Positions 29,200-38,459 of a stretch of 64,000 bases of DNA are shown here, piece by piece. Within the stretch, counting starts at the first letter, position 1; the number at the start of each line of letters is the position of its first letter. The notes beneath the pieces were generated by a model, which saw nothing but the letters and a program-made list of their open reading frames with translations, did no database searches and was not told where the DNA came from. The stretch covers positions 1 through 64,000 of the forward strand of contig CBDVDR010000005.1 of assembly GCA_965372795.1 (NCBI GenBank), written 5' to 3'. Source of the stretch: an uncultured bacterium. Lineage in GTDB: Bacteria > Zixibacteria > MSB-5A5 > GN15 > FEB-12. A program made the translations under genes and the position numbers.

Positions 29200-30357
29200 C
29201 TATTCAAAGTTTGTTTTTATAAGATTTTCTAAATTACTCAGATTCCCAGCGTCTGCAGCCGATAATGAATCAAAGTATTCTCTCAAGTATTTCGTAAAAG
29301 TTGTATCCAAATTCCGCCCAGTTAATTCGAAAGCTTGCTGTTGTAGGAGTGCTCGAGCAACTCTACCGTTACCATCAACGAATGGATGAATACTCACAAA
29401 ACAGTGATGGAAGGTAGCCATAGATGCAATTTGTTCACTTTCCTCACTATCTACAAGGCTTGAATATTTTGAATGCCAATTAGTAATCAACTTCGTCAAA
29501 AGCTCCTCGATTTGGTTTGGTGGTGGTGGTGTAAAACGAGCTGTCTCTGGAGTCGAACCAACTTGACCTATCCACACTGGAATACTTCTGAATTTATTTC
29601 TATGTTCCTTTAGAAGTCTATTCTCATCAGAGAGTATGTTATGAAGCCAAAAAATGTCTTCTACTTTCAAATCAGCTGTAAGAAGTTGAGAAAATCGTCT
29701 TGGTTGCTCTTTCTCTAAACTGGACATTTCTGAAGTAATATTGTCCGCATTCATCATCGTTCTTGCAAGTAATATTTTTATATCTCGACCCATGTCATCA
29801 ATTTTCACATCCTGTTTGACATGGTGGGATTCTTGCTTGATCAATTTTTCAGTGATATTATCTTTCATTATACTAAAAAAACTAAGCTGTTCTTCCATAG
29901 TCATGGGAATTTGGAGGTACTCCAAACGAAAACCATAGCCCTTAGGTGAATCGAGTATCGAACGAATTCTTTCGAGATGATAAAGCTCTACTGGTATCGG
30001 TCTTGCATGTTCAGTAAGCTCTGTCCTTTCAGCTGGTTTTAAAGGTTGATTTGTTAAAAACACAAAACCTTGCCTATTATGTCTCTCAACACCCTCAAAA
30101 TCATCACAAAATTTATTCTTAACGTCTTTGAATTTTAATTGTGATGAAGGGAAATATGCCGCTACCAGCCAATTTTTTCCATCACGTAAACAAAGAATAT
30201 CCTTTCTATCATCGGGTCCACCCAATGGGCATTGCGGATCAATGTCTTTGAATCCCTCGACCTGAAGTAGATCGGCGCACAATCGCTCCGACTTAGTCTG
30301 TCCAAATCGCCAATTAACTAACGTTATTTCTGTTGCTACTTTATTCAATTTATGCAA
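29200..30357 (-). CDS. Fic domain protein fused to an N-terminal restriction-endonuclease-like (Mrr-type fold) domain
   Basis: HPFVDGNGRVAR Fic motif; N-terminal ERLCADLL...GF...GGPDDRKDI...FVFLTN pattern. Confidence 0.8.
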   Translation of the reverse strand: MHKLNKVATEITLVNWRFGQTKSERLCADLLQVEGFKDIDPQCPLGGPDDRKDILCLRDGKNWLVAAYFPSSQLKFKDVKNKFCDDFEGVERHNRQGFVFLTNQPLKPAERTELTEHARPIPVELYHLERIRSILDSPKGYGFRLEYLQIPMTMEEQLSFFSIMKDNITEKLIKQESHHVKQDVKIDDMGRDIKILLARTMMNADNITSEMSSLEKEQPRRFSQLLTADLKVEDIFWLHNILSDENRLLKEHRNKFRSIPVWIGQVGSTPETARFTPPPPNQIEELLTKLITNWHSKYSSLVDSEESEQIASMATFHHCFVSIHPFVDGNGRVARALLQQQAFELTGRNLDTTFTKYLREYFDSLSAADAGNLSNLENLIKTNFE

Positions 30358-30360
30358 TTC

Positions 30361-31488
30361 CTACATTGAAAATATATCTACATATCGACGATAAATGAAT
30401 GATCTGCCATATTTTTCATTCTTGTCTTTTTGTTCCAAAATGCCGAGTTTAACAAATCTATCTATTACTTGCTGCGAACCTTGGCGTGTGAACCCTGTCC
30501 ACTTTTTTATTGTATTTACATTGACGATTGGTAAAGCAAATAACTTACGAAGTAGAACTATCCCACTCTCAGATGCAGATTTACTAAGTGGAAGTATTTT
30601 TTCCATATCTTCTTGCCTTAAATTATTAATTGCTTGAGAGGTAAAGATAGCTTCGTTTGCAGTGTCAATTATTCCATCAAGTAAAAAATCCAGCCACTCT
30701 TCAACTTTACCATTATGATATCCATCAAGTCTGGCATAGTATACTTTCTGATGTTTCTTAAAATATGAAGAAAGAAATAAAACCGGCTTTTCAAGTAGTT
30801 TGTTTTGCCAAAGATAAAAGGTAATAAGTAACCGACCAGTTCTTCCATTACCATCAAGGAATGGATGAATTGTTTCAAAATGAGAATGGATTAACCCAGC
30901 TTTTATAAGCGGTAGCATATCATCTTCTGCATGGAGAAAATTTTCAAAATCACTAAGTGCTTTCTGCATCTCAATGGGTGGGGGAGGGACAAAACTTGCA
31001 TTTGTTGGTGATGTACCACCTATCCAGTTTTGACTTGTTCTAAAATTACCCGGATCAGAAAAATGAGTTGCCCTTGCATCATTCATTAGTTCTTTATGAA
31101 GCTCTCGAATAAAACGGAGACTCATCGGAAATTCAAGAAGCCTTTTCAATCCATAATTTAAAGCATTGATATAATGTAAAATATCATCAACATCTGATGG
31201 TAAAGATTCCTTCGTTTGAGCTTCTGCCTCTATGGCATCAATCATTGTTGCCTTGGTGCCTTCTATTTGACTTGAGGAAGCAGCATCTTTTCGAATATAC
31301 ATTAAAAGGAAAAAATCTACATCTGGAAGCAGTTGAGTTATACCATCTAATTTACCTAAAAGGCGTTCGGCGTTAGAATGTTTTAAAATAAGATTTTGGG
31401 GTAAATCTAAAATATTATCAGGTGGGAACTTACTCGGAATAAACGCTTTATATCCATCTTTTTGTTTAAGAATTTTACCGATTTTCAT
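30361..31488 (-). CDS. Fic family protein (Fic_N, Fic, probable C-terminal HTH)
   Basis: SSQIEG inhibitory motif, PGNFRTSQNWIG, HPFLDGNGRTGR. Confidence 0.92.
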   Translation of the reverse strand: MKIGKILKQKDGYKAFIPSKFPPDNILDLPQNLILKHSNAERLLGKLDGITQLLPDVDFFLLMYIRKDAASSSQIEGTKATMIDAIEAEAQTKESLPSDVDDILHYINALNYGLKRLLEFPMSLRFIRELHKELMNDARATHFSDPGNFRTSQNWIGGTSPTNASFVPPPPIEMQKALSDFENFLHAEDDMLPLIKAGLIHSHFETIHPFLDGNGRTGRLLITFYLWQNKLLEKPVLFLSSYFKKHQKVYYARLDGYHNGKVEEWLDFLLDGIIDTANEAIFTSQAINNLRQEDMEKILPLSKSASESGIVLLRKLFALPIVNVNTIKKWTGFTRQGSQQVIDRFVKLGILEQKDKNEKYGRSFIYRRYVDIFSM

Positions 31489-31804
31489 AATATTTCCTGT
31501 TTACATTGCTACGTCAATGTAAACAAATAAGCAATTTTTGTTGTCATTGTCAAGGAAAAGTAAACAGTTTTTAAATTCATAATTTCAACAATACAGCCCA
31601 TTTCACCTATTGAAATTAATATTATTTCTTTTCCTTCCATTTTCCCCACTCTTTCACAAGTGAATACGAAACCGTACCCCTTTATAAAAGGAGGAACGGT
31701 GAGTTATGCCCAAAATCGTACATCCAAAAATCAAGAAATCACTCGATGCAAAAAAACACAGAAAATCACAAAAAGTGCGTTTAAAGGGTCTTAAACATTA
31801 AAGT

Positions 31805-31980
31805 AACAAAACAAACCCAAATCCTTGTATGCTTCTATGAAAGAAGGAGTTACAGCGAAAAACTTGAAGATAATAAACCACCCGAAGGGTGCGAAGGGTG
31901 CAATGACATCACTATGTCAAAAGTGAGCAAACGAACCCAATTCGCTATAAAGCTAAACAATGGTATGACTTACAACGAAA
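31805..31980 (+). repeat. Right repeat cluster, inverted homologue of 28600-28780
   Basis: 31816-31891 matches revcomp(28684-28759) ungapped at 55/76 by hand count; a further unit starts at 31936. Confidence 0.75.
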
Positions 31981-31982
31981 AA

Positions 31983-32006
31983 GGCAGTCCACCTAAGCGG
32001 ACTGCC
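31983..32006 (-). terminator. glyS intrinsic terminator
   Basis: GGCAGTCC-N8-GGACTGCC stem followed by a U-run on the minus strand. Confidence 0.75.
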
Positions 32007-32050
32007 CATAAAAATATATGAATAAAATCTTAGCTAATATAAAACACAGG

Positions 32051-33397
32051 CTAAGCCTGTCCGTTAACCTTTTCATCAAGGAACGCCATGATTTCAGGAA
32101 CCTTCATCCGTTTCTGTTCCATCGTGTCGCGATCACGAACCGTCATTGTCTCATCCTCAAGCGACTGACCATCAACCGTGATACAGAAAGGACATCCGGC
32201 TTCATCCATCCGCGCATACCGCCGTCCCACCGCACCGGATTCATCATAGAAAACTTTGAACCGTTTTTTAATATCGGCTTCAACTTTCTTGGCAAACTCG
32301 GGCATCCCGTCTTTTTTGACCAGCGGGAAAATCGCCGCCTTGATCGGAGCCACCTTTGGAGAAATTCGCATAAATACCCGTTTATCACCTTTGATCTCAA
32401 CCTCATCATAAGCATCAACCAGAATCGTCAACAAGGTGCGGTCGCAGCCAGCCGAGGTTTCAATGATATACGGAAGGAATTTTTCAGGATACCGTTCATC
32501 AAAATATCGCAGATCTTTTTTAGTAGCTTCCATATGCCGTCCCAGATCAAAATCGGTGCGGTTATGGATACCCTCAAGTTCCTGCCATCCGAACGGATAT
32601 TCATACTCAATATCATACGCCGCTTTGGCATAATGCGCCAGATTGTCCGGACCGTGTTCATGCCAGCGAAGTTTATCAGTGTTGATCCCCAGTTCTTTAT
32701 AGAAATTCCAGCGTTCCTGACGCCAGTACTCAAACCATTTTTCATCTTCATTCGGCGGCACAAAATACTGCATTTCCATCTGTTCAAACTCGCGGGTGCG
32801 GAAAATAAAATTACCCGGTGTAATTTCATTTCGGAAAGCTTTACCAATCTGGGCAATCCCAAACGGTACTTTCTGGCGCGAAGAATTTTTAACATTCAGA
32901 AAATTAACATAAATCCCCTGGGCGGTTTCAGGACGAAGGAAAATAGTTGCCGAGTTATCCTCAACCGGCCCCATAAAGGTTTTGAACATAAGATTAAAAT
33001 TTCGAACCTCGGTCAAGTCGCATCCGTGTTCAATCGGGGATTTGGATGGTTTCTCAGGACAACGGGCTTCATCAAGCTGATCAGCGCGGAAACGGGCTTT
33101 ACATTTTTTACAGTCAACCATCGGATCAACAAATTCGGTAACATGACCCGAGGTATGCCAGACTTCAGGGTGCATCAAAATAGCAGCATCAAGACCCTCA
33201 ATATCATTTCGGCGGTTGGTCATAGCATCCCACCATAAGGTTTTAAGATTACGCTTTAGCTCGGCTCCCAATGGTCCATAGTCCCAGCAGGAATTCAGTC
33301 CGCCATAAATTTCGGAGGATGGGTATACATAACCTTTGCGTTTACACAGTGAAACAATCTTTTCCATTTTGTCGTCTTTGTTTTTCTTTGCGCTCAT
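32051..33397 (-). CDS. glyS: Glycine--tRNA ligase, homodimeric alpha2 type
   Basis: SSEIYGG, LRPETAQG, GKAFRNEI, FRTREFEQME. Confidence 0.96.
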   Translation of the reverse strand: MSAKKNKDDKMEKIVSLCKRKGYVYPSSEIYGGLNSCWDYGPLGAELKRNLKTLWWDAMTNRRNDIEGLDAAILMHPEVWHTSGHVTEFVDPMVDCKKCKARFRADQLDEARCPEKPSKSPIEHGCDLTEVRNFNLMFKTFMGPVEDNSATIFLRPETAQGIYVNFLNVKNSSRQKVPFGIAQIGKAFRNEITPGNFIFRTREFEQMEMQYFVPPNEDEKWFEYWRQERWNFYKELGINTDKLRWHEHGPDNLAHYAKAAYDIEYEYPFGWQELEGIHNRTDFDLGRHMEATKKDLRYFDERYPEKFLPYIIETSAGCDRTLLTILVDAYDEVEIKGDKRVFMRISPKVAPIKAAIFPLVKKDGMPEFAKKVEADIKKRFKVFYDESGAVGRRYARMDEAGCPFCITVDGQSLEDETMTVRDRDTMEQKRMKVPEIMAFLDEKVNGQA

Positions 33398-33406
33398 CTT
33401 AATCCT

Positions 33407-34201
33407 TTATAGTCCAATCGTTTGGCTGTTTTTCAATTTTTCTAAAAACTCAAGTGATTTAAGATTCGATTTTAAATCGGCCTGATAACTCAAAAGTTTC
33501 TGCAATGCATCCAAAAGCAGCGAGGTCTGTTGGTACCCTATCGGTAAAGCACAGGCTTCGCTCAAGGAAGCTTTCTGTAGAGCAATCAACAACCTGAGGT
33601 TGTCGGATGATAGGGGAATATAATAATCTCCTGCAATTTGGCAAGAGCGACATACAACTCCGCCCCGTTTTGGTGAAAGCGAGTATTCTTTACCGGAATT
33701 TTCAATATTGATCTCTTTATTACAGTTAACACAAAATTGCAATGACGGATGATAACCCAATTGAGAAATAATTCGCAGGAAAAAGGCAACAAACAGCGAT
33801 GGCAAAAACTGTTTTTCAGCCTTATCAATCATCTCAAGGTATTTTATAAAATATTGATAAATTGCCCGTTGCGGCTGCTCATCCGGTAATAGCATATTAA
33901 GCATCTCGCAGGCGGCTGAACCATACGCCAATCGTCCGAGAGTCCCGTCTTTTTCGAAAGTGTACATCTGCAAAAGTTCAGAATCTGAAACATAGCCATT
34001 GCTTTCTTTTTCAGAACTATAGAAAGTTACATCAAGTTTTGAAAATGGCTGAAGTCTGCCCCGTTTTGTTTTGAAAGATCGCCCGCCTTTATCAACCAGA
34101 GGAAGCCGTCCGTATTCTTTTGAGAAAAAGACAACCGTCCGTGATGATTCTGACCAGTTGAAGGTTTTTAGGATAACCGCTTCGGTTTTTTCAAGAGCCA
34201 T
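33407..34201 (-). CDS. recO: DNA repair protein RecO
   Basis: N-terminal OB fold (AVILK...ESSR...LQPF); CxxC...CxxC Zn finger after LGYHP. Confidence 0.9.
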   Translation of the reverse strand: MALEKTEAVILKTFNWSESSRTVVFFSKEYGRLPLVDKGGRSFKTKRGRLQPFSKLDVTFYSSEKESNGYVSDSELLQMYTFEKDGTLGRLAYGSAACEMLNMLLPDEQPQRAIYQYFIKYLEMIDKAEKQFLPSLFVAFFLRIISQLGYHPSLQFCVNCNKEINIENSGKEYSLSPKRGGVVCRSCQIAGDYYIPLSSDNLRLLIALQKASLSEACALPIGYQQTSLLLDALQKLLSYQADLKSNLKSLEFLEKLKNSQTIGL

Positions 34202-34204
34202 AGT

Positions 34205-34570
34205 TTACCTGCCGCGGTAGCGGTAGATGGTTTCATCCGGGTATGACATGAAATATTTTGTACGGGCAATATACTCGATATAATTTCGGTCAGTGCGTAA
34301 CATCTCCCGCTCGCGCTGAGCATCAATTAATTCAGCAATCAGCTGCCTATTTTCACCTGTCAAAGCTGATTCTTCAAGCTCAAGCCTGATAATACGGGGA
34401 ATTCCGTAGGTTCCGCTCATAAATGAATATCCTACCATTACTAATAGGATCCAGAGCCCAAAACGCAGATATTTACGTCGCAAACGTACATCGGTCGACG
34501 ACAGTTTTTTAATAAAATTATCTGCCAAAGGAGCCAAAAATGAGCGGTTTTTTTTAACGCGGCGAGTCAT
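34205..34570 (-). CDS. Septum formation initiator (FtsB/DivIC family)
   Basis: Single TM, coiled coil, YIEYIAR...PDE. Confidence 0.8.
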   Translation of the reverse strand: MTRRVKKNRSFLAPLADNFIKKLSSTDVRLRRKYLRFGLWILLVMVGYSFMSGTYGIPRIIRLELEESALTGENRQLIAELIDAQREREMLRTDRNYIEYIARTKYFMSYPDETIYRYRGR

Positions 34571-34876
34571 GGCGATATATAACAGATATTAGATTATCCC
34601 GGCAAGTTTAAACTTTGATACTTCAAAATGTCCTAAAATTTTCACAAAAGACAATAAAAAAGTGAATGAAATATACTGTTCAATATTTGAACAGCCTATT
34701 GCTGTGACCGATGTGAGAAGATAACAACTCAATAAAACTAAATTAAATGCCGATCAATTAGTCAATGAGCAATTTGTCCCTGGGGCTTGAAAAATTTAAA
34801 TCTAAACATAAATCATAGCCTGCTCCAGTTAGTAAATATAATAAGAAAAATTTGACTGCAAATAAAAGGAGTACTC

Positions 34877-35263
34877 ATGAAAATCCTAATCGCCGAAGAT
34901 TCTGCCCTTATGCGAAAAGCAATTGGAAAAACAGTTGTAGGAACCGGATTCAAAATGATTGAAGCTCTTAATGGAGCCGAAGCGTTGACGCTTTTAAGAA
35001 AAAACTGCACCGAAATCGCCCTTATCATTCTCGACTGGAATATGCCGGTAATGGATGGATATGAAGCGTTATTAAAAATAAGAGCAAATTCAGGCTATGA
35101 TCATATCCCGGTATTGATGGCAACCTCTGATGGTGTTGAAGAAGATGTGATCAAAGCCATTAAAGCGGGTGCAAATTCATATCTGGTAAAACCATTCACT
35201 CTTGAACAAATGACCAGACAAATTGAAAAACTTACCGGGAGCTCATCGGTTAAAACTTCCTGA
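34877..35263 (+). CDS. CheY-like single-domain response regulator
   Basis: ILIAEDS, DWNMPVMDG, YLVKPF. Confidence 0.9.
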   Translation: MKILIAEDSALMRKAIGKTVVGTGFKMIEALNGAEALTLLRKNCTEIALIILDWNMPVMDGYEALLKIRANSGYDHIPVLMATSDGVEEDVIKAIKAGANSYLVKPFTLEQMTRQIEKLTGSSSVKTS

Positions 35264-35278
35264 TGAAGTATATTATTA

Positions 35279-36133
35279 ATGAGAAAATTACTGTACATAA
35301 CCAATTCCCAAAATAATATTGATGCTCTTTCAAAATGCATCGAGAAAGATTTTGAAATCGAATCATCGGATAGTTTCAAATCCGATATTGTAACTGATCA
35401 AGACGTTATTGTGATTGATTTAAATACCGGTTCGGTTGAAGAGATGGGAATTCTTGAAATGCTTCGAACCGCAACAGCATATAAAAATATTCCCATTCTT
35501 TTGTCAGTGAACGACTCCTGTTCAGAGATTGTCTGTCGGGGACTTTCCGGAGGAGCATCAGATATTTTGGTGCAGCCATTTATCAAAACAAATGTAGAAG
35601 AGACGCTCAATAATTCTTTAAAACCAAACAAAAATATCTCCCTTGCTGATTCTGAAGTTATTCGTCTGTTTATTTCATCATTTGAACTAGTATTACAGAC
35701 AACTGCTGGATATGAAATCAAACATAATCAAGAATTTATCCGAAGAGATTACCAATTCTGTGGCGATCTAACCGCTTCCATTGAACTTTCCGGAAGTGTT
35801 ATTGGTACTGTTTCAATCTCAATGAATACTAAAACTGCCCGACATATGTCTGCCAGTATTGCCTGGATGGAACCTGATGAACTCGATGAACAGATGATTA
35901 GTGAGGGTATTGCTGAAATAGCAAATCAGGTTGCCGGTCGAGTTCGAACAATATTATCCAATCAGAACGAGAAAATTGAGATATCATTGCCGGAAGTTGT
36001 TAACAGTTTTGGTCAAAAGGCTGTTCCAAAGCTGGATGAACCCCTTTATACCGTAATATTCGAGATCAACGGAAGTTTCCTTGCTTTGCAGCTATGTCTT
36101 AGCAAAGTAGCCAAATCCCCGGTTACTGTATAA
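35279..36133 (+). CDS. Degenerate receiver domain fused to a CheX-family phosphatase domain
   Basis: N-terminal REC-like (VIDL...GASDILVQPF); C-terminal GIAEIANQVAG (E-x-x-N) and ISLP. Confidence 0.75.
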   Translation: MRKLLYITNSQNNIDALSKCIEKDFEIESSDSFKSDIVTDQDVIVIDLNTGSVEEMGILEMLRTATAYKNIPILLSVNDSCSEIVCRGLSGGASDILVQPFIKTNVEETLNNSLKPNKNISLADSEVIRLFISSFELVLQTTAGYEIKHNQEFIRRDYQFCGDLTASIELSGSVIGTVSISMNTKTARHMSASIAWMEPDELDEQMISEGIAEIANQVAGRVRTILSNQNEKIEISLPEVVNSFGQKAVPKLDEPLYTVIFEINGSFLALQLCLSKVAKSPVTV

Positions 36134-36328
36134 TTTCCAATATCAGATTATCATTTAAATTTCATAATATTTTATAGAACTGTTCAAATATTGCACAGTT
36201 AATTTTCTTGTAATAGATCATAAGTAGAACAGATTTCTATCCGATAATAGTAGAAAGTAATTGAGCTACGGCGGATATTTATATCTGTAATAATGACAAC
36301 GAGTTTAAGGCAATCAAGGTATTAAAAA

Positions 36329-38455
36329 ATGAGAAAAAAACGTCTCGATGATATACTTCTAAATCAGACCTCTGTTACAGAAGGTCAAATTAAAATAGCT
36401 TTAAAACATCAGAAAATCTATGGTGGAAAATTTGGTTCTCTTTTGATGCACCACGGTTTTGTAGATGAAGATTCGCTTGTAAAAGCCTTAGCGACCCAGT
36501 ACGATTGTGAAGGTGTCGTATTATCCCATTTGGAAATTGACGATTCTATTTTAAATATGATTTCGGCCGAACTGGCTGTCTCTCGTGCATTGGTACCATT
36601 TGAATATAACAAAAAAGAACAAATTCTTAAAGTTGCCTGTGAAGAACCAAATAATGAAGAGCTAAGAAACGAACTGATTTTTGCAACATCAATTGATACT
36701 GTTCAACTTTATATCGCAGCCGAACTTGCAATTGTTGATATTATTGAAGAACATTATAAACCTCTTTTAGACGAAGAAGATTTAACTCGAAGTCCTTATT
36801 CGGCAAGTTCAAAAATTTCAATTGATTTAGTCAATGAATCGGTAAGCAGTATTGACAATGATTTTGATATAACCCAGCGAACAGCCATGCTTGTAACTGA
36901 TGATGAAAATTTCAGTCCCTTTGTAAAACTATTGCTAGAAGAAGATAATTTTGAAGTTATCGTAGTTGACAATGTGCATGATGCAATTGATATGCTTGAG
37001 GGTAAAAAATATTTTGCAGTATTTATCAAGGATACTGTTTCGGGCGACTACCTTGATTTAATCGACCGTATCCGAAAAAAAACTCCAGATACGCTGGTTC
37101 GATATTTTGAATCTGCCACCGGACTTCTTTTAAACGATTTCCAGAATCTAACAGAGAATAGTCTACTTGAAAAAAACCTTGAAATATTTACTTCTTTGCT
37201 GTCTATAAAAGAAAATTTAAATTCTAATCACAGTGGCCGAGTTGGTGAGTATGCCATTAAACTTTGTCAACGAATGGGAATCCCGCCAACAGAAAGAGCC
37301 CAAATTTGCAATGCCGGCTTTATTCATGATCTGGCAAAATTTTATTTCCCATCATGCAAAAATGCAGGCTACCGAATTCAGATTGATAAAACTATCAAGT
37401 TGCTAAAATCATTAAATTATGATCCCGTAGTAATTGTTATGCTTAAATCAATGTATATAAATTTGAAAAAGAAATATACAAAACGATTACCGATAGAAAT
37501 TTTGGGCGGCAATATATTGACAATTGCTGATCTGTTTTGTGACACCATTCCCTCAGACCAACAACTTACTCTGGATAAATTCGGATTACTTAAGAAGAAG
37601 CTGTATGATATGGTCGGTAACTTATTTCTTGAAGAAGTTGTCGATGCTTTTATCAGTCTTCTTCAAAAAGAGATGTTTAACTCTCGCGCGAGTAAACGTT
37701 TCAGTCAGGTTTTTATCTATTCAAATGTACCGGAAAGCACTTATCCGATAGAGACCCATCTAAAAAAAGAAAGATTTCGAACTATTTCAGTTAACTCAAC
37801 GGAAACTTTTGTAAAACTGTACACCCGAAGCAAACCGGATCTTGTTGTTCTTCATCTTTTAACAGATCCTGATTCGATAATTGCTACGATTGAAAATCTT
37901 TCGAAAAATGGAATCGATTTTTCAACAATTCCAACTTTGTTGCTGGTGGATAATGAACATATAAACCAGCTCTCTTCTCTTTTCTCAACCGGTATTGAAG
38001 ATATTATGGATTATTTAACTAACCATGATTTTATAATTCTAAAAATCAAAAAGATTCGTGACCGCGCTATTGAAATGAATGAAAAACAAAGAGCTATTAT
38101 CAAAGGTGAAACAATTACCAAAGGGAATCTTAAAGATTTAAATTTAATCGATCTGCTTCAAGCCCTTGGACCGAGTCGCAGAACATCAAAGATAACAATT
38201 AAACCTTATGACTCTGAGAATGAGCACCTTGATATATTCCTTGCAAATGGCAATATTATCTATGCCAAATTAAATGAATTAATAGGTGCCGAAGCCGTAT
38301 ATAGCGCGCTTAATTGGAATGACGGCATCTGGACAGTTGAAGTAGTAAGGCATGATAAGTTACCTGAGCCCAACAATGAAATTCCAAATGAATCAATCCT
38401 GATGGAAGGCTGTCGTTTGATAGATGAGCGAAATCAAAAAGTAACGGTGAAGTAA
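36329..38455 (+). CDS. Multidomain signalling protein: MshEN/GSPII_N, REC-like, HD, REC-like, DUF4388 (PatA_N-like)
   Basis: RLDDILL...Q / KFGSLL...Q repeats; HSGRV...IHDLAK; KGNLKDLNLIDLLQ...GNIIYA...LMEG. Confidence 0.75.
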   Translation: MRKKRLDDILLNQTSVTEGQIKIALKHQKIYGGKFGSLLMHHGFVDEDSLVKALATQYDCEGVVLSHLEIDDSILNMISAELAVSRALVPFEYNKKEQILKVACEEPNNEELRNELIFATSIDTVQLYIAAELAIVDIIEEHYKPLLDEEDLTRSPYSASSKISIDLVNESVSSIDNDFDITQRTAMLVTDDENFSPFVKLLLEEDNFEVIVVDNVHDAIDMLEGKKYFAVFIKDTVSGDYLDLIDRIRKKTPDTLVRYFESATGLLLNDFQNLTENSLLEKNLEIFTSLLSIKENLNSNHSGRVGEYAIKLCQRMGIPPTERAQICNAGFIHDLAKFYFPSCKNAGYRIQIDKTIKLLKSLNYDPVVIVMLKSMYINLKKKYTKRLPIEILGGNILTIADLFCDTIPSDQQLTLDKFGLLKKKLYDMVGNLFLEEVVDAFISLLQKEMFNSRASKRFSQVFIYSNVPESTYPIETHLKKERFRTISVNSTETFVKLYTRSKPDLVVLHLLTDPDSIIATIENLSKNGIDFSTIPTLLLVDNEHINQLSSLFSTGIEDIMDYLTNHDFIILKIKKIRDRAIEMNEKQRAIIKGETITKGNLKDLNLIDLLQALGPSRRTSKITIKPYDSENEHLDIFLANGNIIYAKLNELIGAEAVYSALNWNDGIWTVEVVRHDKLPEPNNEIPNESILMEGCRLIDERNQKVTVK

Positions 38456-38459
38456 ATTA

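Noticed and set aside
32018..33238. 406-aa plus-strand ORF
   Set aside because: Antisense shadow of glyS with no recognisable motifs.
34575..36328. c-di-GMP riboswitch in the intergenic regions of the signalling module
   Set aside because: I could not find GEMM-type conserved motifs by eye; an Rfam scan would settle it.
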